Shown here: positions 1-13,084 of the stretch, piece after piece
How positions within the stretch are numbered: the first letter of the stretch is position 1
Layout of the letters: each line of letters starts with the position of its first letter
Origin: Blasia pusilla
Taxonomy: Eukaryota
Direction: 5' to 3'
Length of the DNA: 64,000 nt
Assembly (NCBI GenBank): GCA_050084515.1
Contig: CM114271.1
Coordinates: 45,632,001 to 45,696,000, forward strand
Notes under the pieces: model-generated
Seen by the model: the letters and a program-made list of their open reading frames with translations, nothing else
What the model was told of the DNA's origin: nothing
Database searches by the model: none
Made by a program: the position numbers and the translations under genes

Positions 1-379
1 TTTTTCCGGAAATGCCTCCATCTATGTCCACGACGAATCCCTTGATCAGTCGCCTTGCTGATGTCGAGATGGGTAGCTTGAATTGCCTTGATGGGTAGCT
101 CGAATCGTCTCGCGATCGTTCAGTTGAACCGTCTCGCTGTCGTTCGGTCAAACCGTCTCGCTGTCGTTCCCTCCTATCGACTCGCGATGTGTCTCCGTGT
201 GAAACGCCCTTCAGATCGATCATCGCGCGGGAGAGTGAGGAATGAAGATCGCGAAATGAGAAACCGAAATGAGCGATTTTCGCCCTATTCATACTTTTCT
301 AGCCGTTTGGTGACCGTTGGGTCCCGGTCCTTCGACGGCAACGCGTCGGAGGTTATGGAAGTCCAGAGGTGAAAAATGG

Positions 380-972
380 CAACCCGTCGGAGTCCGACAG
401 TTGCGCGCGCCTCCGCCATCCTAGGTACGCCGCCACGCGCGCGCGAAAGCAACCCGTCGAGACCGACGGGTTGAGCGCCGCCGTCCTTTTCGAAAAGAAC
501 GCGAGGTACCGTGCAACCCGTCGGAGACCGACATGTTGCGCGCCTCCGCCCGTGTTTGGGACGGAACGGACGTACCAGGAAATCCGTCGGAGACCGCTGC
601 GGTTGCACGCCCTCGTCAAGGGTTAAGAACGCAGCTTCCGTGCAAGTCGCCGAGTCCGGCCTGGTCGCACACTTCATGTAAGCACCACAAGGCGAGGCCC
701 TTGCGCAACTCGTTGGAAGGCGACGGGTTGCACGCCTCGCCGTCTTTGGGCAAATAGGTGAGGCACCCGCGGAACTCGTTGGGAACAGACGGTTTGCACG
801 CCTCCGGCATCTTCGGGCAAGAAGGAGCGGTATCCGAGCAACTCGTCGGAGAGCGACGGGTTGCTTGCTTCGTCAATGTTTGGTAGAAGCATGCAACCCG
901 TCCGAAGCCAACAGGTTGTAGGCTTCAGTTAGCTTCGGGTAATTTTGGAGTTACCAGGACTCCGACGGGTTC
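380..972. repeat. Array of ~10 degenerate 55-70 bp units, each with a ~25-bp palindrome (CAACCCGTCGG-n-CCGACGGGTTG)
   Basis: Palindromes start at about 380, 450, 514, 580, 643, 706, 772, 839, 894 and 948; e.g. caacccgtcgagaccgacgggttg at 450-473. Confidence 0.9.
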
Positions 973-1795
973 CAAGTGTGATTTGCAACCCTCTACTTCC
1001 CAAATCCAGTAACATATTGCAATAGAATTGAATGTGTTACAGAATTGGATCCATTGTGTCAGACAATGTCACCCACCAAATTCATCTTGTCAGTAAAAAT
1101 CTGTCAGGAGTATCTATTTTCCTATTCACTATAAATTAAAAATTCTCATTCTCATTCTCATTCTCAGTCTCCTCCCGTTGGAATCTTCTTGGAATGGATA
1201 ATTATGTTAAGCTCACTTGTGGTAGTCATCTGGCGGCCCTTCCTCAATCAGAAATCATTCGACCCCAAGCTCGTGAGTCTTTCATAGCAAAGTGGATGAA
1301 AATTTTTCATCTGCTCGATTTCTTCTCCAATTGGAACCATCTTTGTATCCAAAGATATTAGGTGGACGATACGGAAGACATAATAGGTGAGACGGTCCAG
1401 CCAAAGTGACCTCGCATCGTAAAGTATGGAATCTCCTACCTCTAGCAAATGGTCAATACAGAGTTTACGGCCTGCCCCTGAATTCGTCTGTTTCCCAAGT
1501 AGACGGTCTAGAATTTCCTAGTGCTCCGAGCTCTATGTTTGCAACTCCAAGCTCTGCAGATCCGGCTTCCACTCCAACTTTGCACGCTCGTAACAATGTT
1601 GTTCTTCCTGAAGAGATTCCGGATGTTATCAACCTCAGTGGATCCGCTCGGACACCAATTGGGCCCTCTGTCGCCTACTGTTCCTCTTGCGAGTATTAGG
1701 CAATAGTTTGCTTTGCCTCTCGGCCTTGAAAATGTTCAAGCACATTCTTGTCGATTTAGCCGCCGCCCACGTACGATGGTAATTGCATTTTTGAG

Positions 1796-4700
1796 TTGCC
1801 TCCACTTGCTGCTCCTGCTCAAAAGAAGGATGGAGGATGCTTGAAGGGTATGGACAGAAAGTCTGATTGTCATCGATGGTGCAGGCTTCAACGGACTAGT
1901 GCTTCCATTCCATATGGTCCTTGGATTGTCTCCCTCCGCCAATGCCTGGGAGCCTTGGAGTGTAGAAGTCCAGCATGCCCGTATCTAGAGCGCAACGGGC
2001 GAGTCAATACGTCGCAATTCCCTCCCAAGAATGCAGAAACTCCATACGAGGTCGGTGCCACCATACCGCCGGGAGGCCATCGATGTCCTCATTGTCAGGC
2101 ATCGCCCTTCTGCGTTGGAGCGTGTCCTACATACATATTTTTCATTATCCATGACTTGGGCTCCACGTCAGAGTATACAAGGCTGGCAGTTCATGTTGGC
2201 TCCCACACTCATCCTGTGACCGATGCAATTCAAAGACACATCAAGGAGGATGTGGCGAAGAAAGTAGCCGAGGTCTACAGAAACTCTCCGGGTTCAAAGC
2301 CCGGAGTGATCAAGCTCACAACGGCATCACAAATTTGTGAACAATTGCTTGGAATCCTTGGACAGGGCGAGATCACGGCGGTTGAGGAGAAACAACTCTG
2401 GGAAAATCTCGCATTTCTTGTTGATCCTGAATGCTTCCGGAATTTGCTGCGTCAAATACGAGTTCTGGATGGAAAGACGGCCAAAATGGATGCCATCGCC
2501 AGAATCAAGGCCAACTCCAGATTTTCATTCATTCAGAGATGGCAATTCATGGGCCAAGGAGGCGAGGGATCAAGGGCCTATGTCTTCAAAATGTCAACCA
2601 CAGGTCCGTCGAGTGGCCTCGATCTTATAGATCGAATGAGGGAAGGGGAATATCTTTACGAGAGCTGGGTAAGCTTTGATATTTGCTACAAAGTGCTGAA
2701 CGGATGGTTGACGATGGGTGCTCACCTTTATGACCATGTGGAGAAGGGACTCAAAACTATATTTGTCTGTGAAGTAAAGGCAGAAGACGTTGGCAGTTTG
2801 AAGATGTGCTGGTTACTCTTATTGGAGGTGGTGAAGGAAAAAAAAAGGCCACCTCCGGAAATTTATGGGTTCATGGCGGACAATGCACAACCTGGGTGGA
2901 TTGCTATCCGGGAAGTGTTCTAGGATGGAGAGGTTCAACCGGAGAGGGAAAGGTCGGATGCTTTCCATTGGCAACAGTCTATGACCCGGTACACCAAATC
3001 TTGCATCAAGGAGAATAAGAGGACAGAGCATGTCACTCTACTCCAACGCTGCAAGGACAAAGAAACTTTGAAGCAGGCCATGGAATGCCAGGGAAGAACT
3101 TCATGGGTGGTGGAGGAAGCATGCGATTGAGGGGAAGTACAAAGAGTTGTGCTCTTGGTTGAGTTGGTGGATCAGACGTATGAGACAATGGGGAAACTTC
3201 ATGCGGCAGGTGAGTTCACTATTTTGTCTTGTCAAGCTCACGCTGAGAATTGTTTGTAAAGTTGTAGCTTAGGGTGAGAAGCGTGGGAACTATATGGATT
3301 TCAAACCCAAGAAACCAAGCAAGTTGTCGGATGCGACGGGTTGCCCGAGTATGCAACCCGACGGAAACCGACGGGTTGCATCCAGATTTTTGGTGCAACC
3401 CGAGTGTGCAACCCGAGTGTGCAACCCGTCGGGACCCGACGGGTCACAGAGTCGTTCATGGGATGCCTCGGCCTTGTAACCCGTCGGGTTCGGACGGGTT
3501 GCAGTAGGTGGGATTTAGGTTACAACACGTCGGGACCCGACGCGTCATAGAGTCGTTCATGGGATGCCTCGGGCCTGCAACCCGTCTAGTTCCGACAGGT
3601 CGCTTATTTCTTTGACTCTGAGTTATTTTTTCCTTCTAACATTGCCGCCGTTGCTGCGGTGGATTGAACGTTCATGAAAATGCCCTCTGCCCCAACACAA
3701 GTGGAGCAGAAAGTGTTCATTCCTCCTGGAGGTCGTCACAAGCATGCCAACAAATTTCACTTATGGAGGCATGCCAACAAGACCAGGCAAGAGCAATGCT
3801 ACACTTTGCAGCTTCCCATATCTTCCTCACAAAAGGCATAACAAAAGGAAAGGGGCCGTCGATCTACGAGCTCTATGTCAAGGCGGTTGTGAGATCTGGT
3901 GATGAAAAAATGTATGTGGAAGCCTTCAACCGGTGCGTAGCTGGAACTCCACTCGAGCAAGACGTACACATTGGTGGGGATATTCGTGGGCGGGTTTCAA
4001 GACGTCCCATACAGATGGTGGTAGAGCAGTCCAAGCGAGACTCGTGGAGACCAGATAAGTATCTTGACTTGAGCGAAGGTGAAGAGGCAGCATCAAGGAA
4101 CGAATCCGGTGATTGATTTGGATGAGGAAATTACGCCGCCCAGGTATTCGAGGACCCCGGACCCGTCCCAAATCCGTGATGGAGTTACTTCTCCAAAATC
4201 AGTGAATGTTTTATTTCAAAAGCCCTCCGTTGCTGGAAGTTCGCAACATCTTGTCACTGGGGTGGTTCAACAATATGGGATTCCGGTAATGGAGGTGGAT
4301 TGCAACCTAAAAATGGTGGCATATATCTCGGAGCAACCCAAGACGTGGACCCACCTGCAGGGCAGGATCTGATGGCATTAGGAGAGCATGCGGCACTTTC
4401 CTAAATAAGGACTGTACAAGGACTGGACGACCACTGCCTGGGTTTTGGGGACTCAAAACCTTTGATCGTTTCATGAGGACCGGGGATCAATTGAAGTACT
4501 TCTTCTGCCCAAATGAATCTTGCACTTTCCGGAAGTCTTATCCGCCGCCATTGAGCTCCGGAATACCCCACGATTTGGCCCATCGCCGCAGGTACGAACT
4601 GCACTCAAGACGAAGTGGACAATCTTACAAGTGCCGGTTTCAGACTCGTAGACGGGGGAAGTTTGGAGCATGTTTGCATTACAAAGACCTTCGCATTTCG

Positions 4701-5160
4701 TATTCAACCCAAGATTGATGTCAACATGTACCCAGAGAAGGTGGATGATCTCAATCCATTATTTCTGTTTGAGTCTAGAAATGGGGTGAAGAGAAACAAT
4801 ATGTGCTGGCCAACGGTGGAGAGAGCAAAGCGAATTGCATCAGCTCGGGAGGCAAAATTGGAGATCATCGCCACGAAAGATGTCTTGAGTGGCAATGGAA
4901 TAGGAAGGATGTATTGGGTCAGGAACAACACTGTAAATTCAAGTGTCACAGGGGTGTATGTGGTGCACATCTGTTGCTTTCCCACATGTTCATGTGATGA
5001 CTTTGTCCAAAGAGAGACAAGTGGCAAAAGGTATTTCCCTTGTAAGCACATATACTATGTGTTGCTGGTAGTTTTAAGAGAGTCGGAGGTAGGAGTAGGA
5101 ATCCACCATCCAATTCTGTCCCTCAAAGAAGTTCAAAGTATTGTAAACAAACCACTTTGA
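1796..5160 (+). pseudogene. MULE-like transposase with N-terminal GCM/WRKY-like Zn domain and C-terminal SWIM finger; stops, frameshifts and one intron
   Basis: CLGALEC..C...CPHC...C...HVGSHTHP (GCM-like). SFDICY, FMADNA and TSGAES give a candidate D-D-E; SDAFHW sits at the CxxH position; PTCSCDDF..PCKHIYYVL is a SWIM finger. TAG at 2921-2923, frameshift near 3092, GTGAGT donor at 3210. Confidence 0.75.
3320..3601. repeat. Second array of the CAACCCG(T/A)CGG palindromic motif inside the transposase intron
   Basis: caacccgacggaaaccgacgggttg (3354-3378), caacccgtcgggacccgacggg, taacccgtcgggttcggacgggttg and others; duplicated agagtcgttcatgggatgcctcgg. Confidence 0.9.
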
Positions 5161-5559
5161 GGATGCAAAATGAGGTTTTAGATTGTACTTTTATTTTTTT
5201 CTCAACCTTCACTTTGAGCTTGAACTCTATTCATCCCGGGGCAAATGACAGATTTTTTCCAGACCTTGGATGGAAAAAGTGATTGGTTCCACACTTATGA
5301 TTCCACTGATTTTTCAGTTTTCTAAATTTTGAGCAATTTGCAACTCGTCGGACTCAGAGGGGTTGCCAAAATATGGAAGAGGAAAAAAAAACAGTGGGAC
5401 TGCTTAATATATGAACAAAAAAGTGCAACAAAATTCAAACAAAAATTTTCCTCTCTTCAACCCAACGGAAACTCTCTTCAAAAAAAAGTATTTATTTCGG
5501 TTGAAGGTAGTTTCCTCTCTCCTCTCTCCTCTCTTCCTCTCTTCCTCTCCTCTTACCAC

Positions 5560-5750
5560 ACCTCAGAGAGAGTGCATACCATGGAGAGCATGGTGTGAGA
5601 CCTTGTTGTTGTGATGGAGAGATTTGATCGATTTATTGGAGATATTTTGGTACTTCTCGTCTCGTTGTGTGAATTCCATGAGTAAACATGGGATTGTGTA
5701 TGTTTGATGATAGGGATGTATGTTGTGTAGCGATGTTTATGCGCACGACA
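5560..5750 (+). mobile_element. 3' fragment of an LTR of the family at 42472-43117
   Basis: attggagatattttggtacttc...gcgcacgaCA is the reverse complement of 42472-42599. Confidence 0.8.
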
Positions 5751-6900
5751 ACCTTCATCTTTCATTCCTTTCCTATGATCCTATCTCTATTACCTGCTTC
5801 TGCTTGCCCTTACCCTTCTCAGTGCTTTCGATCGTACATCGCTTCCTATTGCATCTTGCTTGTCACAAGCTCCAAAAATCTTAGCGTGTGATTTACGCTG
5901 CCTTATGGGTTGCTGCACCGGGTGTTGAGTTTTCACCACATCATCCCATCGTACTCTTTTCAGGATTTCCAAGAGAAGGCAATGAATTGAAATTTTAGCT
6001 CATTATCCTCTAATCCTATTGCACGCTTCCCCCATCAATAAGATGCATATGCCCTGATTCGGGCTTTTGGTTGATTACTCTATACGTTGCTTTGATCCAT
6101 AGCCAAGTTCCCTTTGTATAGACTTGCTATCATTTATAATGTTCATGATCACAAGAAATTCCGATGTAATGTACAACTCAAGGAATGCGTGTAATGTACA
6201 ACTCAAGGAAAAAAGGTACTCCTTTAATCAAAAAGTATAAAGTTCGTTCTCAAGAGACCACTATTTCTGGAGTAAAGAGAGGTTTTTTAAGAAATATCAA
6301 GAATAACTCCTCCTTCACTAATTTTACTAACTAACTACAACTACACTGTCTTTATGAGTATAAAAGAATAAACAGATTTTCTTCCCTCTATGAAAAGACT
6401 CTTCTCAAGTGCAAACAAAGACTCTTTCAAATCTTCAAAAAAAAGGCTCCACGAAGACCTCAAAGACACCTCAAGAATGGCGGCTCACCCTTCTTTCAGA
6501 ACCGAATCTGTCACGACATGTTACTCACTGTCTAACAGCTTTCCTACGATCTTCTTGATTATCTTTTGGAATTTTGAAATCACAAGACTCAACTCTCATT
6601 CCTACTAAAGCCCAATAAGATTTTACACCCTACTCCCCACCTCAGAAAGTATGAGAGAAGACACTTCTACTAGATCAAAGAGTGGAACGAACCAAAAAGT
6701 ATTGCTTCAGAAAGTAAAAGACTCTTTAGCTTGGATCATCCCCCAACAACCTATCCACACAATCCTCACAAATAATGGTAAATTCCAGTCGCAAGGGAAT
6801 GATCCCTCTTCATCCGATCAGTCACGAGTATTTGGAAGATTTAGGGCACTAGACAATCTTCACCATTATTCTTATTGCGGTCTTCCTTGCGAAGTACCCA

Positions 6901-7156
6901 CGCCTCTTTGTTTTCCAATCTTTTCCTATTCTTACACAAATTTTGACAGAAAGAGCAATTTTTGTAGAGAAGTCTTCTTTGAGTGAAGACTAAAGACTCA
7001 ATACCAGAAGTAAAGAGGCGTACTTTATTGAAATTGTGTGAAAATATTGACGGAAAGAAATCTTATGAGAGGACAAAAGATACTAAGAGATTAAGGATTG
7101 TCTTGGAAAAGTGAGAATTGTGTAAGAATAGGAAAAGATTGGAAAAGAAAGAGGCG
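6901..7156. repeat. 39-bp inverted repeat pair (1 mismatch) bounding 256 bp; MITE/foldback-like
   Basis: 6901-6939 cgcctctttgttttccaatcttttcctattcttacacaa pairs with 7118-7156. Confidence 0.8.
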
Positions 7157-8599
7157 CCCGGACCTTATAACTTTCCCCTATTGTGTGTGATATAGCCCTC
7201 CTTGCGATTGCACACATGCACTTGTGCTTGCTGCCAAAGCTTTGCATCTATGTCGTACGTTGCTGTTAGAGTAACGATATTCGCTTAAGCTATGTTTCAT
7301 AGTCACATGTTTATTTATATGCAGCAATATTATAGATAAGCATAGTTCATTTCCTTTATTTGCAATAGTGTTGTAGGTGAGCTCTGTGTGTGTGCCCCAT
7401 GGATAAAAATTTTTGTAAACAACTTGGTTTCTTGTTCCATTGAAGTCCATATTCACAAATATATCCAAGAATTTTCAACCATATTTTTGTGGTTCCTCTA
7501 CTAGTTCCGATAGAAGGAACTATTCTTTTTTTGTACTCTATATAAGGGAGAATCACTACAACTATACAAACCATATATTCTTTCTTCATTGCAACCTATT
7601 ACTTTCAAGATCTGTGATGGAGCACCAATCTACACAAGGAGCCCGCATAGTGTTATCAATAGACAACGAACAGTCAATAAAAAACCAGTAGGGAGAGTAT
7701 TCTCTTGGCACTCGATAGCAAGACATACTAATAACAGGCAACGCTTCTTACATCCATCCTTGTCAATTATCTAGTTTCAGTGATCTATGTGCAAACATAT
7801 TACTGTAGCTAGTGATTCACGACGGTTACATGTTCCTCATTAAAACTGAATATAAATCCACAACGCATATTTTTTACTAGTGCAATAAATTTAGTTGTCT
7901 CTTACATTGGCTGTAGTTTGTAGCCTTCTTGCGTGAAACCTAGCCAGTGTTCCACAACTCAATACATGTAAGACACATAAAGTGCAAATCTTCTTTGCTA
8001 AACCTCTGAAAAAACTCAGTGGGTTGTTTGCTTACACTTACTATAAAACACATGTGTAAAAAAGTACACTTCTTACGCCTATGGTTTCATTCATGCAGCA
8101 TTGAGTTGGGTTCTAATCATACTACGCAGTGTGATCTAAGCTACGCCGAGTTCTTTCCATTGGCTCCAGTTCATTCTTTGCAACTTAGTTTGCACAAGCA
8201 TATATCAAAGTCCTCATCATGGCTAGACCCCGGAGGGTAATAAGACTCAGATGTCGTCTTCTCCTCAACAATGTGAGGCTGAATCTATGTAGAGACTATG
8301 TGAGAACGAGAATCTACACATTAAATAGGGTACACACACTGCCTGTTTGTGTTGCTTCGCTTGAAATGGAGCTATTGCTCAAGGGTTGGTAACCCTAGTG
8401 TTCTTCATTTATTAGGGATATGAAGTGTTTTGGATACTGTTGGGGAGGGGGATGTATTCTACAACACCAGTCAGTTGAGAATGGCCATTGAGACATCACA
8501 AACATATCCAAAATGTGCCTTATGTAATGGTTATATGAGCGACTGTATTATATCCTCTGTTGGTAGATTTTACGTGTGCAAACAGTGTACATGAATCAA

Positions 8600-11500
8600 C
8601 TTGAATACTACACACAATGTGTACATGACGCCAACGTATATTCGGGATGTGCTCAATGTTAACCCTTTGTACCTAAAATTTTTATCTCTTGTCGACTCAA
8701 GACTTGCCATTGAAACCTAGTATAATGGCTTTCATGATGGTTTTTTCTAGGTTGAGTCCCTACTAGATTGTCCACTTGTTGCTTGGGGGCTTTGAGATTC
8801 AAAAGTGACAAACTCAAACGTCTTGGATCGCAAGGTCAGGGATATTCTATTGGTAAAATTATGAATCAATGAGCTATATTTGCAGTATGTGTCGCTTATT
8901 GAGCTACCTAATCCAACCTACGGACTTTTAATCCTACCATCTTCATCTATTGAAACTATTTTGAGAGCATCTCCAGACAAGGGCTAGATGTCACATAGTA
9001 TGACTTTCAACCGTTAAAGCGCAGAGCTCAATGTGTTGCAAGACATACACTACCCACTGCCCATTAAGAGAAGACATGCATATGACATATTTCATATTGG
9101 GAGCGTGTTTCTTAGAGATAATACACATATTCGTGAACATTTCCTTAGTGACAGACACGGTATATCGGAAGACACGAAGTTAACTATTGAGACTGGGATT
9201 TTCCCATATGTTCTTGTTCTCCTACCTTAGGGGGCATTTAACTGTTCAATACACCTTTGTTGATTAACTTCAAAGCCGAGTGAGACAACTATTCAGTGTG
9301 TTTACACTTTACAAACCATACTTGCTTATTATGCATCAGTTGCGAAAATCGATCACACTAGCTTCACAAACTCGCTCATGCATCTGAAGCAGAGAACTTG
9401 ATTAACTGAAACTGAAACATCTGGACCTTATGAACCACGATTGTATTCCTACAATTTACATGACTACAAAGCAACTACATACATATAAGCCAAGTAGCTG
9501 TATCACCAAGGCAAACAAGGATCATCTGCCATATTGCCGTACGGATTTCCTGGCTCCTAATAACATGCAAGTAGAACCTGCCATAGATCAAAAGACTCTG
9601 AAATGGAACTATTAGAGACCTGGTGAACAGCATAGGAACATTAGACCATATCATCCTACTATCTTGCTCTTGTGGGGTGCCCATATGAATTTACAACGTG
9701 TTATGAATGTGCAATGGTCTTTTCATCTGTTGAAGTGCGCCTTAAAGTGTGAATCCCAAGGTGCCCTTGATATCATGCTAGAATGTGCTAAATATCTCAG
9801 GCTTGAGGGCTTGGACCAGACATGATTGCGGCTTATATCTGGACTAGTGCTCGTTAGGTTAGTTTCTTCTACTGAAGCAACATTGGCAGCCTTGAAAATC
9901 CCGATTATCACTAGGTCATAGGGTGTTGAATATGTCAATTCCAGCCCACCGCATCAACAGACTATATTGTACATAAATGCAATAATTGCCATCGCCCAAA
10001 ATGTTTGTCCGAAATGACATTTGTACACTTATGTACTCAGCATGAGGTTTCTAGGCTTAGCACAAGAAGCACCAACAACTTTGTTGTCCTTGATTTAAAA
10101 GGAATTTTTTGTTTATTAAAAAACGAGACTTGTTCAATTTATTGAGTATCATCCCTTATACCAATGGAACGAGTTCTTTTATACAATACTACTAAGGAAA
10201 ATCTTCTTCAGATTTGAGTCAAAAGTATTGTATATCTCATCAGACATATGGACTCATCTACATGAATACATCCATAGAAAAAAAAGCAAAAGTGCATGGT
10301 GTATTGTTGATGAGATCTAGAATCACGCCACTGCCAGCCTCTGCAACTAGGTTCATGCTAGAGAAATCAAATCGAAAGTGATGGATGTCATTGCATTGCA
10401 CCTCTAGATATGCTTTGACTTGCATATAGATTCATTTCCAGACCTTGCTAATCAACCTTCTATCTTACCTAGTACCATCCTACCAGAAATTCAAGCAAAA
10501 ACTCAGCCATAATTATTGTTGTACAGTTGCATACTAGTGCCACAACCATGCACTTAGCATTTGGTATTCCATTAAAGGGAGATCTTCCTTGCATGCAAAC
10601 AACTTCAGATCAGTGTATGCGTCTTGGAGACACAAAAGTGATTGTTATGGATGAAATCTCTATGCCTACACCTTGCCTACAACAAATAGTTGCTTTAAGA
10701 TTACACCAAGTGTCCCCATCATCGAACCTAGGCCCTTTCTCAAACAAACTTGACATTTTGCTAGGTGATCTCTACGAACTACCTCCTGTATGTCGCCACG
10801 ACAATATGCCTTTTTGTTCCTTCTGCCACATATCTTCTTCACCATTCTATAGCAATATGAAAAAATGTAGCCTCCAATGTTGGTGACCCCGTGTTCCTTG
10901 CATTTCTGTTCCACATAAGGATAGAAGATCCTACCGAGGATCACATAGAAAATTGCCTTGGTAGTTGCTTTGTAGACGAGGATACTGCTATAGATTATAT
11001 AGATGATTGTACTCAAGTAATTAGTACATACCATGTCGATGTACAAGTCTTCAATCTTGTTGCCCTTCGTAGACTATTTGGTGCAGTTGAGATCTTTCTG
11101 GTACATGTAACCACACATGCCCTTGGTGACCCACAATTCAATAATTGGACATCAGATAATCAATTTCATGAGCTCAAATTTCTAGCAATAGGGTGTAGAG
11201 TCTTGCTTACATCAAACATTGACATGAAAAACCTGGCTAAAAACAATGCATTAGCCACGGTTGTAGATTGTGTTTACAAATAAGAGGAAGTAGTTGCTAT
11301 CCTAGTTAGTCTTCACTCAGATAGCCAAGTTATAAGGGTAACAAGAAAAAATTTGCCACACTGAGGCATGGGCCTAACCACAAATATCATAGCCACACCT
11401 TCACTCTTATGTTGGGCTACGCTATGATATGCCATAAAATTTAGGGTCTCACAATAAAATACAATTGTGTTTGCTCAACATCAAGTCTGCCTTTGCTACA

Positions 11501-11600
11501 ATACTTGTGTATATTACGTTGTCTTGCGTGCAAAGTAGATCTCAATTACGAATTCTTGGTAGCTTAGTACCTACAGATTTCCAGATGTTTAGGCAGCAAC
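8600..11600 (+). pseudogene. Helitron RepHel relic (Rep-associated region plus PIF1-family helicase)
   Basis: PYHPTILLLWGAHMNLQRV (~9646-9705, Rep-associated). TMHLAFGIP, VIVMDEISM, LLGDLYELPPV, RVLLTSNID and LGYAMICHKI*GLT are PIF1 motifs. Many stops. Confidence 0.75.
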
Positions 11601-13084
11601 CGTAACATATTCAATCAAGTGAACCTAGGAAGATGGCCAACAATGAAGGAACGATGAGGAGATGGATGAGAAGGTCGGTCGTGCATTCAACATCAACACC
11701 TATACCACATTTCAATCTACCCACAGCTTGCACATCTAAGGCAAACCCCATTCTACTGAGCAAGAGCAGCTCAGATGATCACGACAAAGTAAACACATCA
11801 TTACATGATCCACAAAATCAATTTGATCACCATGCGGACCATCCAACTCTGGTTTGTGCACACCTTCTCCGCTGAAATCTAATGCCCTGAATGCAAATTA
11901 TGTTGCACTAACAACCAAATTTTCAGGTACCAAAGTCCTACTTGGACTTTTCCAAAATGATTTTGGAAGACATGCCTACCTGGCCTCCCTAACAAACCAA
12001 ATATCACTATTGTTCCACCCATAGATGCTCAGCTAAGATACGCTAATAGTCTAGGCCTGGACCAGTATGAGGGCATTACAAGTCGACAGTTAAGTCGAAT
12101 GATAGACCACCAAAAGGCACGGGCAACTTCATTCCGAGAATTAAGAAAGCAACCACCAACAACATGTACTTCTCTTGCTGAACTTTGTGCTTTATCCACA
12201 ACTGTTGAACTTGTTGAGGAATTTCTTGCTTATTAACATACTTTAATCTGTTACGGCCTCATCAACTCCAAGAATTCAAAAGGAGGTTATGAGCTATAAG
12301 GGGATTGAATTCAATGAAGCTGAGCTAACTTGAAAGCAGTCAGCAATCCATTTTCCAAGATTGAAAACTAGCATAAAACCAGACCAATTCCAAGAATTGC
12401 GTCTAATCATGAAGCCGCCACTACCAATGCTCATTGGACTCTCGGCAGCAAAAGCTACACATTACTTGAAAGCATGAAGATAGCTCATGAAGCTGGTGCA
12501 ATTGCAAACATGCTTGCATACAAGGATGATATAAATGACCTGCACACAGGGTCCTCTTCACAATACCCCGATGATACTATGTCTCTATACCGCTTTGCTA
12601 CTACCTTGGCTACAACCTCTCATTTCTATAATGACGGGAATTTTTATCAAAACCCCAAGCTACCTAAGTCACCCAACAAGAGGAAGTGTGTGTAGCACTA
12701 ATTGCACTTCGTGTAAGTCCTAACTCAACAACCATCGTGCTTTTTGTCACTATAATCTGTAGTTCTCTCATGTAATGTTGGCCGATTGTCATTTACTAAT
12801 TTATCCTTTCTGAAACATATCTTGCAGATGTTGATCGTGCCACTGCAAAGATGATGATATGCCCTCTTTACCCACAATAGTTCACGTCGACTATGCTTCA
12901 CTATCCAAATAATCACATCAGCCTTTACTGCATTTTTCTTTTTATCCTAAGTTTTTGCATGCACACTTCTCCAATTTTTGCATAGTGAAGCCAGCTCAAC
13001 TAGCTCATTAATGTATGGCTTCTTGATTTCTGCCACAATTGCTGTAATGATGCTACACCACTTGTGTGTGGATGCCTAAGCTTA

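Larger units (their letters stand above)
339..5545 (+). mobile_element. Mutator-like (MULE-type DDE) DNA transposon copy 1, decayed; termini not resolved
   Basis: Contains the transposase remnants listed below and arrays of CAACCCGTCGG-type inverted motifs (380-972, 3320-3601, 5341). Homologous to the inverted copy at ~30660-32353. The 3' side abuts an LTR fragment. Confidence 0.7.

Noticed and set aside
380-972. CRISPR-like array
   Set aside because: The repeats are degenerate, the linkers share sequence (c.cgcctc), no cas genes are present, and the context is a eukaryotic TE.
6164-6900. Possible LTR starting at a duplicated tgtaatgtacaactcaaggaa
   Set aside because: No partner LTR, PBS or TSD found in the window.
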